Shown: positions 8,975 to 19,578 of the stretch, one piece after another
How the letters are laid out: each line of letters opens with the position of its first letter
Position numbering within the stretch: the stretch's first letter is position 1
DNA from: an uncultured Selenomonadales bacterium
GTDB taxonomy: Bacteria > Bacillota > Negativicutes > Acidaminococcales > Acidaminococcaceae
Assembly: GCA_900316935.1 (NCBI GenBank)
Contig: ONEW01000008.1
Location: 1,216-65,215, forward strand
Direction: 5' to 3'
Length of the DNA stretch: 64,000 bases
The notes under the pieces: generated by a model
What the model was told of the DNA's origin: nothing
Databases searched by the model: none
The model's input: the letters and a program-made list of their open reading frames with translations, nothing else
Made by a program: the position numbers and the translations under genes

Positions 8975-10153
8975 TCAACGGATCTCGTTCCAGGCTTCGG
9001 TCAGTTTCACTACGGCGTAGCGCAGTTGTTCCTCCGTGTGCCCTGCTGTCACGGTGAACCGCAGGCGGCTGGCGCCGGGCGCGACGGTAGGCGGCCGGAT
9101 GGCGGACAACAGGATGCCCGCCCCGCGCAGCTTGAAATCGATGGCCGTCGCCCGACCGGCTTCGCCGGCGAGCACCGGCACAATCGGCGTATTCCCGGGA
9201 ACCACAGGCAGCCCCGCCGCGGCCAGGCCGTCCCGCACAAGGCGTGTGTTGCGGGCCAGGCGCGCCATCAGCCGCGGGGCCTCCTGCTCCAGAATCCGCA
9301 GTGCCGCATGGGCCGCCGCTACATCGGCCGGGCTGAGGAAGGTGCTGAAGATGAAGGGGCGTGATTTATTCTTCAGGTATTCGATGACCTCCGCCCGGGC
9401 AACGACATATCCGCCGACAGAGGCGAGGCTTTTGCTCAGTGTGCCGGCCTGCAGGTCGATAGTGTCCGGCAGGTGGTAATAGGAGGCCGTACCGGCCCCG
9501 TCCGCGCCGATGACGCCTACGGCATGGGCATCGTCGACCATGAGGACGCAGCCGTACTGCTCTTTGAGCTGTACCAGCGCCGGCAGGTCGCAAATGTCTC
9601 CGTCCATGCTGAAGACGCCGTCCGTGACGATAAAGCGCACCCCGCCGGGGGACACCTGCACGGATTGCAGTTTGGTTTCCAGGTCCGCCGCGTCCTTGTG
9701 TTTGTAGACGACGACTTGCGCCTTGCTGATGCGGCAGCCGTCGATGATGCTGGCGTGGTTCAGTTCGTCGCTGAAGATGACGTCGCCAGGCCGGGCCAGG
9801 CCGTACAGGACGCCCAGGTTCGTCATGTAGCCTGTATTGAAGAGCAGGGCCGCTTCGCCGTGCTTGAAGCGCGCCAAATCCCGTTCCAGGGCCGACGCTT
9901 CCGTCACGCCGCCCGTCGTGAGGCGGGCGCCCGTGGAGCCGGATCCACAGCGCAGGGCTGCTTCGGACGCGGCGCGGCGCACGCGTTCATCAAAAGTCAG
10001 GCCCAGATAGTTGTTGCTCGAAAAGACGAGATACCGTTTTCCCGCGGCATCCTTCGCCGTCACGGCGTCCTCGTACTGCAGGTCCGTAATGCGCCGCGCA
10101 AGGCCCTTTTCATGCACGCCGGCCAGTTCCTGCTCAATCCTTTTCTGTAACAT
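8975..10153 (-). CDS. bioF: 8-amino-7-oxononanoate synthase
   Basis: FSSNNYLGL, SDELNHASIIDG, DGVFSMDGD, DDAHAVG, GTLSK(PLP-Lys). Confidence 0.94.
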   Translation of the reverse strand: MLQKRIEQELAGVHEKGLARRITDLQYEDAVTAKDAAGKRYLVFSSNNYLGLTFDERVRRAASEAALRCGSGSTGARLTTGGVTEASALERDLARFKHGEAALLFNTGYMTNLGVLYGLARPGDVIFSDELNHASIIDGCRISKAQVVVYKHKDAADLETKLQSVQVSPGGVRFIVTDGVFSMDGDICDLPALVQLKEQYGCVLMVDDAHAVGVIGADGAGTASYYHLPDTIDLQAGTLSKSLASVGGYVVARAEVIEYLKNKSRPFIFSTFLSPADVAAAHAALRILEQEAPRLMARLARNTRLVRDGLAAAGLPVVPGNTPIVPVLAGEAGRATAIDFKLRGAGILLSAIRPPTVAPGASRLRFTVTAGHTEEQLRYAVVKLTEAWNEIR

Positions 10154-10946
10154 AGCCTTTTGCTCCTGCCGTAATGAAGACGACCTGTTCCTCGTAATAG
10201 TCCCGCAGCGCGTCCAGGTCCGTCTCCGGTTTCACGAAAAAGACGCGGCCGCCGATACCGCAGTTCCGCTGCTTGAGCACAGGGATGCGTCGGTACCCGT
10301 TCTTCACGGAGCCCACGTAGCCCGTCACGTACAGGGGATCGTCGGACCAGCACAGTTCGGCCACGACGCCTTCCCCGCTGGCCACTTTCGAAGCGAGGAC
10401 CAGAGCCTCGCGCACGTGGTCGCCTTGCAGGCCTTTGGCGGCCAGGGCCCGGCGGAACGCATCCGGATCGGCGACGTCCATGTTGCTGACCCGGACGCCG
10501 CGGTTGCCCAGATGGTCCACCCGTCCGCCTGTCACGGCATCCAGGAGCATGGCACCGCGCATGCTGTCCGGCAGGGCCAGGATGGCTGCCACGCCGGCGC
10601 GGGCCGCCGTTTCCGTCACGCCGGCTGCGACCAGTTCGCGGACGGCCACGTCCCGCCCTTCTTCCGCCGTGCGGGACACGCACTCGGAAAAGTCGAGCAT
10701 GGGCTTGTACACGACGCAATCCATGTCGACGAGCTGCAGTTTCAGATTCATGAAATCGGCCTTGCCGCGCTGGTGGGTCGTCGCCCGCTCCAGCATTTCG
10801 TGCAGGCAGGCCTCGATATCCCCTTCCCGGACGATGCGCTCTTCGCCCGAAATATGGCGTCCGCCCCGTTCATGAGGGCCGCCCTGGGCCGCGCGCATCT
10901 TGATGCTGATGAGGGATGCCTTTTCCGGTTCCCGCTCCTGTGCCAT
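10134..10946 (-). CDS. bioW: 6-carboxyhexanoate--CoA ligase (pimeloyl-CoA synthetase)
   Basis: SIKMRAA, HISGEERIV, RGVRVSNMD, REALVLASKV, ELCWSDDPLYVTGYV. Start set at ATG 10946. Confidence 0.9.
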   Translation of the reverse strand: MAQEREPEKASLISIKMRAAQGGPHERGGRHISGEERIVREGDIEACLHEMLERATTHQRGKADFMNLKLQLVDMDCVVYKPMLDFSECVSRTAEEGRDVAVRELVAAGVTETAARAGVAAILALPDSMRGAMLLDAVTGGRVDHLGNRGVRVSNMDVADPDAFRRALAAKGLQGDHVREALVLASKVASGEGVVAELCWSDDPLYVTGYVGSVKNGYRRIPVLKQRNCGIGGRVFFVKPETDLDALRDYYEEQVVFITAGAKGYVTEKD

Positions 10947-11041
10947 CGTACACTGCCTGCTGCTTTTCAGCAAAATCACCACTCCTTTGCCAGATACAGA
11001 CAAAGGCGCCGGCACAAACGCACCGGCGTCCTCCGGTCCGC

Positions 11042-12433
11042 TCAAAACGTACAGGGGTCGGAAAAGGACTTGATGTCCTTGCTCCGCACTTCCGCAAAGA
11101 TTTCTTCCATGGACTGCTCCAGGCGGCTCAGCATGGCATCGATTTCATCCACCGTGGAGCACAGGGGCGGCATGAAGACGATGACATCGCCGATGTTGCG
11201 GATGATGAGGCCGTATTTGCGGGCGTTCTGGCAGATGCCGCCGCCCATCTGGAGCGCCGCGTCGAAGGGCACCTTCCCCGCCTTGTCGGCCATGAGCTCA
11301 ATCCCGCCGAGCATACCGCACTGGCGGGCGTCGCCGACGAATTCCATGGCGTTCAGCGTTGCGAAATGCTGGCGGATGACTTCCATCTTCGGCGGCAGGT
11401 TCTCAATGACATGGTCCTTCTGGAAGATGTCCAGGCTTGCCAGGCCGGCAGCACAGCACAGGTTGTTCCCTGTATAGGAATGACCGTGGTAAAAGGTCTT
11501 GTATTCCGTCGGTTCCCCCAGGAAGGCGTTGTAGATTTCGTCCGTCACCATGGTGGCGCCCAAGGGCAGGTAGCCGGCGCTGATGCCCTTGGACAGGCAC
11601 ATCATGTCCGGTTTCACGCCTTCGTGGTCGCAGGCCCACAGGAGGCCCGTACGGCCGAACCCGACGGCGACTTCATCCACGATGAGGAGGACGTTGTATT
11701 TCTTCGTCAGGTCGCGGATGCCGCGGATATAGCCTTTGGGCTGCATGAGCATGCCGGCGGCGCACTGGCACAGCGGTTCGATGATCATGGCCGCCGTAGT
11801 GTCCGCGTGTTCCTTCAGGTAATCTTCCAGTTCCTTCAGCAGTGTGTCCACGAATTCCTTTTCGTTCTTCACGGGCAGCGTAGTGTGATAGTAGGACGGG
11901 CAGCTGACGCGGTGCGTCTTGAACAGCAGCGGGCTGTAGGCCTTGTGGAACACTGCGACGTTGCCGACGGAAACGGCACCGATGGTGTCGCCGTGGTAGG
12001 AATCGCCCAGGTTGATGAAGGTCTGTTTTTCCGGTTTGCCTTTGTACTGCCAGTACTGGAACGCAATCTTCAGGGCCGCTTCCACAGCCGTGGCACCATC
12101 GTCGACATAGAACACCTTGTTGATGCCTTCGGGCGTCACCTGGACCAGCCGCTCCGCCAGTTCCGCCGACGGTTCGTTGATCAGGCCCAGCAGGGTGCTG
12201 TGTTCGATTTTGCCAAGCTGGGCGATGATGGCATCGTTGATTTCCTTGCGGTTATGACCGTGGATGTTGACCCACAGGCTGGAAATGGCATCCAGGTATT
12301 CCCTGCCGTCCGTGTCGTACAGCTTGACGCCTTCGCCGTGGTCGATGACGAGCTGCGGATTTTCCACCCAGCCCTTCATCTGCGTGAACGGATGCCAGAT
12401 ATATTTTTTATCCAATTCTTCCCATTTATTCAT
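11042..12433 (-). CDS. bioA: 7,8-diaminononanoate aminotransferase
   Basis: IWHPFTQM, DAISSLWVNIHGH, YHGDTIGA, DEVAVGFGRTG, CLSKGISAGYLP. Confidence 0.94.
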   Translation of the reverse strand: MNKWEELDKKYIWHPFTQMKGWVENPQLVIDHGEGVKLYDTDGREYLDAISSLWVNIHGHNRKEINDAIIAQLGKIEHSTLLGLINEPSAELAERLVQVTPEGINKVFYVDDGATAVEAALKIAFQYWQYKGKPEKQTFINLGDSYHGDTIGAVSVGNVAVFHKAYSPLLFKTHRVSCPSYYHTTLPVKNEKEFVDTLLKELEDYLKEHADTTAAMIIEPLCQCAAGMLMQPKGYIRGIRDLTKKYNVLLIVDEVAVGFGRTGLLWACDHEGVKPDMMCLSKGISAGYLPLGATMVTDEIYNAFLGEPTEYKTFYHGHSYTGNNLCCAAGLASLDIFQKDHVIENLPPKMEVIRQHFATLNAMEFVGDARQCGMLGGIELMADKAGKVPFDAALQMGGGICQNARKYGLIIRNIGDVIVFMPPLCSTVDEIDAMLSRLEQSMEEIFAEVRSKDIKSFSDPCTF

Positions 12434-12496
12434 CGGTAATGTCCTCCCCTGTTTTCTCTCTCCGTATCGTGGCCGCCCATAGCGGATGCTGCCTCT

Positions 12497-13228
12497 TTAT
12501 TCCGTTGCTTTGTCCGCCAGTTCCAGGATCCGGTCCAGCTGCACGTTCTGCTCGGCCAGCCTGGCGATCTCTTCCGGATTGCCGAGCTGCGCTTCCGTCA
12601 TCTGCGGCAGTTTGCCCAGGATCGGCAGGCCCGTCAGTTTCCTGTAATAGTACAGGTTACCCTTTTCCAGGTCGCCGGCCTTGGCTTCGTCCCAGCCGTT
12701 GACCAGGAAGCCCAGCACGGGGATCCCCATCTGCTGGCAGTAGAACGCGGTCAGGACCGCATGGTTGACGTTGCCCAGGACCGGTTTGACGACGATGAGC
12801 ACAGGTACGCCCAGGGCCTTGAAATAGTCCTTGACCAGGAAGTCATCCGTAATGGGCGCCGTGATGCCGCCGATACCTTCCAGCACGGTCACCTTGTGGC
12901 TGGCAATGCATTTCCCGGCCAGCCGGAGCATGTTGTCCGGATCCAGGTGCACGCCTGCAAGTTTGCTCGCTTCCGCCGGCGCCAGGGCCGCTTCCAGTAC
13001 GACGGGGATGACTTCGGAGCGCTGTTCCTCCGGGTAGCCGGCGCACTTCATCTGGAATTCCGCATCCGTCGAAACCAGGGTCCCCCCTTCCTTGCGGATG
13101 CAGCCCGATGCAACGGGTTTGTAGATGCCCGGCACGATGCCCCGGTAACGCAGGGCCGCTGCCAGCGCGCCCGTTACGACTGTCTTGCCCATTTCCGTAT
13201 CTGTTGCGGTAATACCAAAAGCAGTCAC
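12497..13228 (-). CDS. bioD: Dethiobiotin synthase
   Basis: TATDTEMGKTVVT, YKPVASG, LEGIGG, LGNVNHAVLT. Confidence 0.93.
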   Translation of the reverse strand: MTAFGITATDTEMGKTVVTGALAAALRYRGIVPGIYKPVASGCIRKEGGTLVSTDAEFQMKCAGYPEEQRSEVIPVVLEAALAPAEASKLAGVHLDPDNMLRLAGKCIASHKVTVLEGIGGITAPITDDFLVKDYFKALGVPVLIVVKPVLGNVNHAVLTAFYCQQMGIPVLGFLVNGWDEAKAGDLEKGNLYYYRKLTGLPILGKLPQMTEAQLGNPEEIARLAEQNVQLDRILELADKATE

Positions 13229-13268
13229 TTGAAAGCCTTCTTTCCTCTGCAGTCAGCCTGCGGCACAG

Positions 13269-13353
13269 GTTAACCACAAAATTTATTCAGTTAACAATTA
13301 GATTATACGACCGGCCCATCAAAGCGTCAACCACAAATTCCCTACAGGTTGAC
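13269..13353 (-). promoter_or_regulatory. Tandem BirA operators flanking the bioDAWF sigma-A promoter
   Basis: GTTAAC-N15-GTTAAC (13269-13295) and GTCAAC-N16-GTTGAC (13326-13353). Minus-strand TTGACG(13330-13325)-N17-TATAAT(13307-13302). Confidence 0.82.
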
Positions 13354-13461
13354 GGAAATTAAAAATTCCCTCAAAACAGGCCGAACGATGTCCTTGCCTG
13401 TTTCGAGGGAATCGGGCGGTTTTTCCGCCGCCAGTCTTGTTGCCGGGGTTCGGCCGGACGG

Positions 13462-14289
13462 TCAGTCCGGTACGGAAACCTGCTTTGTCAGGGCCAGTTC
13501 GATGGCCCGGGCCACGCCGTCGTCGTCATTCGAAGGGACGACGACCTTCGCTGCTTCCCGGGCGGCGTCGTTGGCATTATCCACGGCTACGCCCAGACCG
13601 GCGTTGCGGATCATGACGACGTCATTGCCGCTGTCGCCGATGCACATGATTTCTTCCGGACGGATCTTGTACATCTGCGCCACAGCCTTGACCGCGTTCC
13701 ATTTGTTGACGCCCGGCGCAATCAAGTCAATGAAGTGGTCTTTGGAGCTGACCACGGTCAGGCGGCCGCGGAAGCGTTCCGTCAGGTCGTTGAAGATTTC
13801 CTTGAAGTCGTCGTCACCGGTCATCACCAGCATCTTCGTCGGTGCTTCCGTGATATGGTACAGCTTGTCGCCGACGGGGATTGGCGGCACGTTGGACAGA
13901 CGGCGGTACTCTTCCGACAGGGAATCCGCTTCCTTCACATACAGTTTGTCATTGACGTATGCCTGGATATGGTACTTCCTGGCCTGGCAACAGGCCAGGG
14001 CTTCCAGGGCTGTCTCCAGGGGAATGGGATTGTGGTAATACACTTTATGGGACAGGCTGCCTTCCACCAGGGCCCCGTTATAGGTGACGAGGGGCACATC
14101 GAGTCCCAGCTGTTCGGCGTAAGGCTGGGCCGACACGTACATACGGCCCGTGGCGATGAGGAATACGATGCCGCTGTCCACCGCCTTGCGGATGGCATCC
14201 TTGTTCTTTTCAGAAATGGCGATGCCGCTGCTCAGCAGTGTACCGTCCATATCGCTTGCAATCAGTTTGATGGCCATGGTTTCAATCAT
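13462..14289 (-). CDS. Cof-type HAD-IIB hydrolase
   Basis: ASDMDGTLL, ATGR, ITYNG-like motif, IGDSGNDVVM. Alternative start at 14277. Confidence 0.92.
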   Translation of the reverse strand: MIETMAIKLIASDMDGTLLSSGIAISEKNKDAIRKAVDSGIVFLIATGRMYVSAQPYAEQLGLDVPLVTYNGALVEGSLSHKVYYHNPIPLETALEALACCQARKYHIQAYVNDKLYVKEADSLSEEYRRLSNVPPIPVGDKLYHITEAPTKMLVMTGDDDFKEIFNDLTERFRGRLTVVSSKDHFIDLIAPGVNKWNAVKAVAQMYKIRPEEIMCIGDSGNDVVMIRNAGLGVAVDNANDAAREAAKVVVPSNDDDGVARAIELALTKQVSVPD

Positions 14290-14344
14290 CCTAACTTTTA
14301 TTTCTTTTTGCGCGTCCCTGGCAGGAACGCTTCTTTATCTTACC

Positions 14345-14719
14345 TTATTTGGCGGATTTTGTCATGTCGTTGGCAGGCGTCCGGTACAGGACTTCCACCA
14401 GGACCGTCTGCACGAGGCACAGGACCAGCAGGAACACCATGGTGCCGATGCCGTGGGTGATGCGCCAGCCCGGCAGGTACCGGGCCGTATCGGTCACGAC
14501 GAGGGTGATGCCCACGAGTTCGATGGCCGCCCGGGTCAGCCGCTGGTGCGGCTGCACGCGGCGGACCAGCAGACCGATGAGGGCTGCCGCCAGCCCGGTG
14601 ACGGCCGCGCCCAGGACGGTGCCGCCCAAGGTTACGACCGGTACGAAGGGGGTGAAGTAGACCGCAAGGAACATCACGCTCCCTGTCGTGAGGAACACTG
14701 TAAGGAAATCAAACGCCAT
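14345..14719 (-). CDS. Small 4-TM membrane protein, probably YvlD/phage-holin-4 family
   Basis: Hydrophobic 124 aa, GGAGG RBS. Sits after uvr genes, as yvlD does in Bacillus (inference). Confidence 0.5.
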   Translation of the reverse strand: MAFDFLTVFLTTGSVMFLAVYFTPFVPVVTLGGTVLGAAVTGLAAALIGLLVRRVQPHQRLTRAAIELVGITLVVTDTARYLPGWRITHGIGTMVFLLVLCLVQTVLVEVLYRTPANDMTKSAK

Positions 14720-14796
14720 CCAGAAGGCCTCCTGTCTGATGCAGGGACCGCACGCCGCTGCAGTGCGGTGTTGCAGTCCGGGGTTCGTCTATCTGC

Positions 14797-16632
14797 TTAC
14801 TTTGTCGCCAGCATGTCGGTCTTCTTCACCACGTCGCCATGGAGGAATTCGTAGAGTCGGCGGGCCAGGGGGGCCGTCATGCCGTCCACGGAGGCCAGCT
14901 CCTCTTCCGAGGCATTGCGCATGGCATCGAGGGAAGCAAAGGCTTTCCAAAGCGCCTGGCGCCGTTTGGGGCCGATGCCCCCGATCTGGTCCAGGATGGA
15001 GACCAGGTTGTGTTTGCGCAGGCGTTTGCGATGGTATGTAATGGCGAAGCGGTGCGCTTCGTCGCGGATATGCTGGATGACGTGCAGGGCCGGCGAGGTC
15101 TTTTCCAGCAGGATGCTGTCGCTCCGTCCTTCCAGGAAGATTTCTTCTTCCCGCTTGGCCAGGCCGATGACCTGGACGTCGATGCCCAGGCCGCGGATGA
15201 CCTTCAGGGACGACGAAAGCTGCCCTTTGCCGCCGTCGATGATGATCAGGTCCGGCAGGTCCTCGTAGTCTTTATACCGGCGATACACGACTTCCTGCAT
15301 GGACTTGAAGTCGTCCGGCTTGCCTTCCGTGGAGAGCAGCTTGTAGTGCCGGTAATCCTTCTTACTCGGCGCGCCATATCGGAACACGACCATGGAGGCC
15401 ACGGTCTCGCTGCCCTGGTTGTGGGAGATGTCGAAGCAGTCCATGCGGGCCAGGGGCTTCTCCGCTCCGATGGCGTGCTGCAGGTCTTCGGCGGCCTCTT
15501 CGTCGCTCTCCATCTGCAGCTTGCCTTTGCGCACCTTCTCCTCAATCAGCTTGTGCGCATTGTCGCAGGCCAGCTGCAGGAGTTTCGCCTTGTCGCCGCG
15601 CCGGGGCGCCAGGAGGGAAACCTTGTGCTCCGCCCTCCGGGAGAGCCACTGCGTGAACAGTTCCTGGTCCGCCGCTTCGGGCAGTTCCGGCAGGAGGATC
15701 TCCTTCGGGACGAAGACATCGTCCTTGCTGTAATACTGTTTCAGGAAAGCGGACACTACATCGCGCTCGTCGTCACCTTCGTTGAGCATCATGAAGTCCT
15801 TGCGCCCGACGAGTTTGCCGCCGCGCACGAAAAAAATCTGCAGGCACACGGTATATGCGTCAGCCGCGTAGCCCACGACGTCCATTTCGCCGCCTTCGAG
15901 GACGGCCTTCTGGTTTTCGTCGAGACGCACCAGGTCCTTGAGCTGGTCCCGGTAGCGCGCCGCTTTTTCAAATTCGAGGTTTTCCGCCGCCTCCTGCATC
16001 TTTTCCTTCAGGAACCGGCGCAGCTCCTGCGTCTTGCCGTCCATGACCAGGCAGATGGCCTGTACCTGCCCGTCGTATTCTGCTTTGCTGACCTTGCCGG
16101 TGCAAGGCGCCAGGCAGCGCTTGATATGGTACTGCAGGCAGGGACGGTCCACATTCATATTGCGGCACTGCCGGACGGGGAACAGGGACCGCAGCAGGCG
16201 CATCGTCGAGCGCAGGGCGCCCACGTCCGGATACGGCCCGTAATACCGCGCCCCGTCCCGGGTCACGTGCCGCGTGATATACATGCGCGGGAATTCATCC
16301 TGCAGGGTGATCTTCAGGTACGGATACGTTTTGTCATCCCGTAGCATGATGTTGTACCGCGGCCGGTACTTTTTGATGAGGTTGCACTCCAGGATCAGGG
16401 CCTCGATCTCGCTGTCCGTCATGATGGTCTCGATGTCATCCACATGACTGGTCATGGCCGCGACTTTCGCCGAATGGCGGCCCGAGGCACGGAAATAGCT
16501 GTGTACCCTGTTATGCAGGTTTTTGGCCTTGCCCACGTAAATGATGCGCCCCGTAATGTCGTGCATCAGGTAGACGCCGGGCTTGTCCGGGAGCACGGCC
16601 AGTGCTTTTTCAATTTTCTCGTTGATAACCAT
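14797..16632 (-). CDS. uvrC: Excinuclease ABC subunit C
   Basis: GIY-YIG domain (PGVYLM...IIYVGKAKNL), DISHNQG, IDGGKGQ, C-terminal HhH (GIGPKRR). Confidence 0.96.
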   Translation of the reverse strand: MVINEKIEKALAVLPDKPGVYLMHDITGRIIYVGKAKNLHNRVHSYFRASGRHSAKVAAMTSHVDDIETIMTDSEIEALILECNLIKKYRPRYNIMLRDDKTYPYLKITLQDEFPRMYITRHVTRDGARYYGPYPDVGALRSTMRLLRSLFPVRQCRNMNVDRPCLQYHIKRCLAPCTGKVSKAEYDGQVQAICLVMDGKTQELRRFLKEKMQEAAENLEFEKAARYRDQLKDLVRLDENQKAVLEGGEMDVVGYAADAYTVCLQIFFVRGGKLVGRKDFMMLNEGDDERDVVSAFLKQYYSKDDVFVPKEILLPELPEAADQELFTQWLSRRAEHKVSLLAPRRGDKAKLLQLACDNAHKLIEEKVRKGKLQMESDEEAAEDLQHAIGAEKPLARMDCFDISHNQGSETVASMVVFRYGAPSKKDYRHYKLLSTEGKPDDFKSMQEVVYRRYKDYEDLPDLIIIDGGKGQLSSSLKVIRGLGIDVQVIGLAKREEEIFLEGRSDSILLEKTSPALHVIQHIRDEAHRFAITYHRKRLRKHNLVSILDQIGGIGPKRRQALWKAFASLDAMRNASEEELASVDGMTAPLARRLYEFLHGDVVKKTDMLATK

Positions 16633-16686
16633 GATGTTCTTTCCAGCGGCACGGATACCGGACTGCAAGGGACCGGCCCCGCGCCG

Positions 16687-19551
16687 TCATTCGTATTGCT
16701 TGTTCCGTTTGGCATCCGCCAGGAGCCGTTTCAGATACTGTCCCGTGTAGGATGCCTTGACTTTTGCCAGCTGCTCCGGCGTGCCCGTGCCCACGACGGT
16801 GCCGCCCCGGTCGCCCCCTTCAGGCCCCAGGTCGATCAGGTAGTCCGCCGTCTTGATGACGTCGAGATTGTGCTCGATGACGACGACCGTGTTGCCCGCG
16901 TCAACGAGACGCTGCAGCACGTTGAGCAGCTTGTGCACGTCCGCCGTATGGAGGCCCGTCGTCGGCTCGTCCAGGATATACATGGTGCGGCCCGTGCCGC
17001 GTTTCGACAGTTCCGCCGCCAGCCGGATCCGCTGGGCTTCGCCGCCGCTCAGGGTTGTGGCCGCCTGCCCCAGGCGGATGTAGCCCAGGCCGACGTCCTC
17101 CAAAACCTGCAGTTTGTCCGCAATGCGCTGCCGGTTCTGGAAAAACTCCAGGGCTTCCGTGACGGTCATGTCCAGGACCTGGGCGATGTTTTTTCCTTTA
17201 TAGTGCACTTCCAGGGTGTCCCGGTTGTAACGGGCGCCGTGGCAGACTTCGCACGGCACGTACACGTCGGGCAGGAAGTTCATTTCGATTTTGTTGAGCC
17301 CTTCGCCCTGGCAGGCTTCGCAGCGCCCGCCTTTGATATTGAAACTGAAGCGCCCTTTTTTATAGCCCCGCAGCTTGGCCTCATTCGTGGCCGCAAAGAC
17401 ATCCCGGATAAAGTCGAAGACGCCCGTGTACGTAACCGGGTTGGACCGGGGCGTCCGGCCGATAGGCGACTGGTCGATGTTGATGATCTTGTCGATCTCC
17501 TCCAGGCCGCGGATGGCATCATGGGCCAGGGGCCGCAGGCGCGAGCCGTTCAGCTTCGCCGCCAGGGCCGCGTACAGGATGTCGTTGACCAGCGTGGATT
17601 TCCCGCTGCCCGACACACCTGTCACGACCGTGAAGAGGCCGACAGGGAACGCCACATCGATGTGTTTCAAGTTGTTGCCCCCTGCGCCGAGGATTTCAAT
17701 CCAGCGGCCGTCCGGCTGGCGCCGTTGTTTCGGCACGGGGATGTAGCGGGCTCCGCTGAGGTACTGCCCCGTGATGGATTCCGGCACCTGCATGACCGTT
17801 TCCGCCGTGCCTTGCGCCACGACTTCGCCGCCGTGTTCGCCGGCCCCGGGCCCGATATCGATGATCTGGTCCGCCGCCCGCATGGTTTCTTCGTCGTGTT
17901 CGACCACGAGGACGCTGTTGCCCAGGTCGCGCAGGTGACGGAAGGTCTGCAGCAGGCGGCCGTTATCGCGCTGGTGCAGGCCGATGGACGGTTCGTCCAG
18001 AATGTACAGCACGCCGACGAGGCCGCTGCCGATCTGCGTGGCCAGGCGGATGCGCTGGGCTTCGCCGCCGCTCAGGGTGGCCGCCGCCCGCGCCAGGGTC
18101 AGGTAATCCAGGCCCACGTCATTTAAAAAGTTGAGGCGGGCGTTGATTTCCTTCAACACCTGCTTCGCAATGATCCGCTGTCGTTCCGTCAGTTGCACCG
18201 TGGCGAAAAAGTCGCGGCAGTCCCGCACGGTCATGCGGGTCACCTCGTCGATGTTCTTGCCGCCGACGAGGATGGACAGCACTTCGGGTTTCAGGCGGCT
18301 GCCATGGCAGGAAGGGCAGATGTTGCCGCTCATGAAGGTTTCCAGGTCTTCGCGCATGGCATCGCCCCAGGCTTCGCGGTATTTCTGCTTCAGGATGGGG
18401 ATGACGCCGTCCCAGGTGCGTTCGTACGAGTGCGTCTCGCCGTTCAGATTCGTGTATTCGAAGCGGAAGGTCTGCGTGCCGGCACCGTACTGCAGCATTT
18501 CCTGGTCTTCGGGGGACAGGTCGTTCCAGCAGTTGTCCACCGTATAACCCCACTTCTGCAGCACTGCCGTCAGGTGGCGCATATTGAAGGAGGCCGGATT
18601 ACTGGACAGGGCCTCGATGGCGCCGTCCCGGAAGCTCTTCTCCTTGTCCGGCATGATGCGGTCCCAGTCGTATTCCATGTTCACGCCCAGGCCGCCGCAA
18701 GTCGGGCAGGCGCCGTACGGTGCATTGAAGGAAAACAGGCGCGGCTCGATTTCGGGCAGGCTGATGCCGCAGTCCGGGCAGGCGAACCTTTCGCTGTAGA
18801 CCCGGACTTCGTCGGGGCCGCCGTTTTTGCCCGTGCCCGGCAGCAGGATTTCCACCAGGCCATCGGACAGCTTGAGGGCCGTCTCAACGGAATCGGACAG
18901 GCGCTGGCGGATGCCGTCGCGGACCTTCATGCGGTCGATGACGACGGAAATCCTGTGTTTCTTCTTTTTGTCGAGGCGGATGTCCTCGTCCAGCGTGCGG
19001 ATAGCGCCGTCCACCAGGACGCGCACGTAGCCGGCGCTGCGCATATTGTCAAGAATATCCTTGTGTTCGCCCTTGCGGCCGTACACGAGGGGCGCCATGA
19101 TGATGAACTTCGTCTCTTCAGGCAGGGCCAGTACCTGGTCCACAATCTGCTGCGGCGTCTGGCGCTCGATGAGGCGTCCGCATTTCGGGCAGTGGGGTTC
19201 GCCTGCGCGGGCGAAGAGCAGACGCAGGTAATCGTAAATCTCCGTGACCGTGCCGACGGTGGAACGGGGATTGCGTCCCGCCGTCTTCTGGTCGATGGAG
19301 ATGGCCGGGCTCAGGCCTTCGATATAGTCCACGTCAGGCTTGTCCATCTTCCCCAGGAACTGGCGCGCGTAAGCCGACAGGCTTTCCACGTAGCGCCGCT
19401 GGCCTTCGGCATAGATGGTGTCGAACGCCAGGGATGACTTGCCGCTGCCCGATACGCCCGTAATGACGACGAGCTTGTTGCGGGGAATCTCCAGGTTTAT
19501 GTTTTTCAGGTTGTGCTGCCGTGCACCCTTGATGATCATATTGTCTTGCAT
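16687..19551 (-). CDS. uvrA: Excinuclease ABC subunit A
   Basis: GARQHNLK, two Walker A motifs (GVSGSGKS), two [12 protein letters not shown] signatures, Zn-finger cysteines. Confidence 0.98.
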   Translation of the reverse strand: MQDNMIIKGARQHNLKNINLEIPRNKLVVITGVSGSGKSSLAFDTIYAEGQRRYVESLSAYARQFLGKMDKPDVDYIEGLSPAISIDQKTAGRNPRSTVGTVTEIYDYLRLLFARAGEPHCPKCGRLIERQTPQQIVDQVLALPEETKFIIMAPLVYGRKGEHKDILDNMRSAGYVRVLVDGAIRTLDEDIRLDKKKKHRISVVIDRMKVRDGIRQRLSDSVETALKLSDGLVEILLPGTGKNGGPDEVRVYSERFACPDCGISLPEIEPRLFSFNAPYGACPTCGGLGVNMEYDWDRIMPDKEKSFRDGAIEALSSNPASFNMRHLTAVLQKWGYTVDNCWNDLSPEDQEMLQYGAGTQTFRFEYTNLNGETHSYERTWDGVIPILKQKYREAWGDAMREDLETFMSGNICPSCHGSRLKPEVLSILVGGKNIDEVTRMTVRDCRDFFATVQLTERQRIIAKQVLKEINARLNFLNDVGLDYLTLARAAATLSGGEAQRIRLATQIGSGLVGVLYILDEPSIGLHQRDNGRLLQTFRHLRDLGNSVLVVEHDEETMRAADQIIDIGPGAGEHGGEVVAQGTAETVMQVPESITGQYLSGARYIPVPKQRRQPDGRWIEILGAGGNNLKHIDVAFPVGLFTVVTGVSGSGKSTLVNDILYAALAAKLNGSRLRPLAHDAIRGLEEIDKIINIDQSPIGRTPRSNPVTYTGVFDFIRDVFAATNEAKLRGYKKGRFSFNIKGGRCEACQGEGLNKIEMNFLPDVYVPCEVCHGARYNRDTLEVHYKGKNIAQVLDMTVTEALEFFQNRQRIADKLQVLEDVGLGYIRLGQAATTLSGGEAQRIRLAAELSKRGTGRTMYILDEPTTGLHTADVHKLLNVLQRLVDAGNTVVVIEHNLDVIKTADYLIDLGPEGGDRGGTVVGTGTPEQLAKVKASYTGQYLKRLLADAKRNKQYE

Positions 19552-19578
19552 CAGTTCTGACTCCTTGGGAACCCTGCA

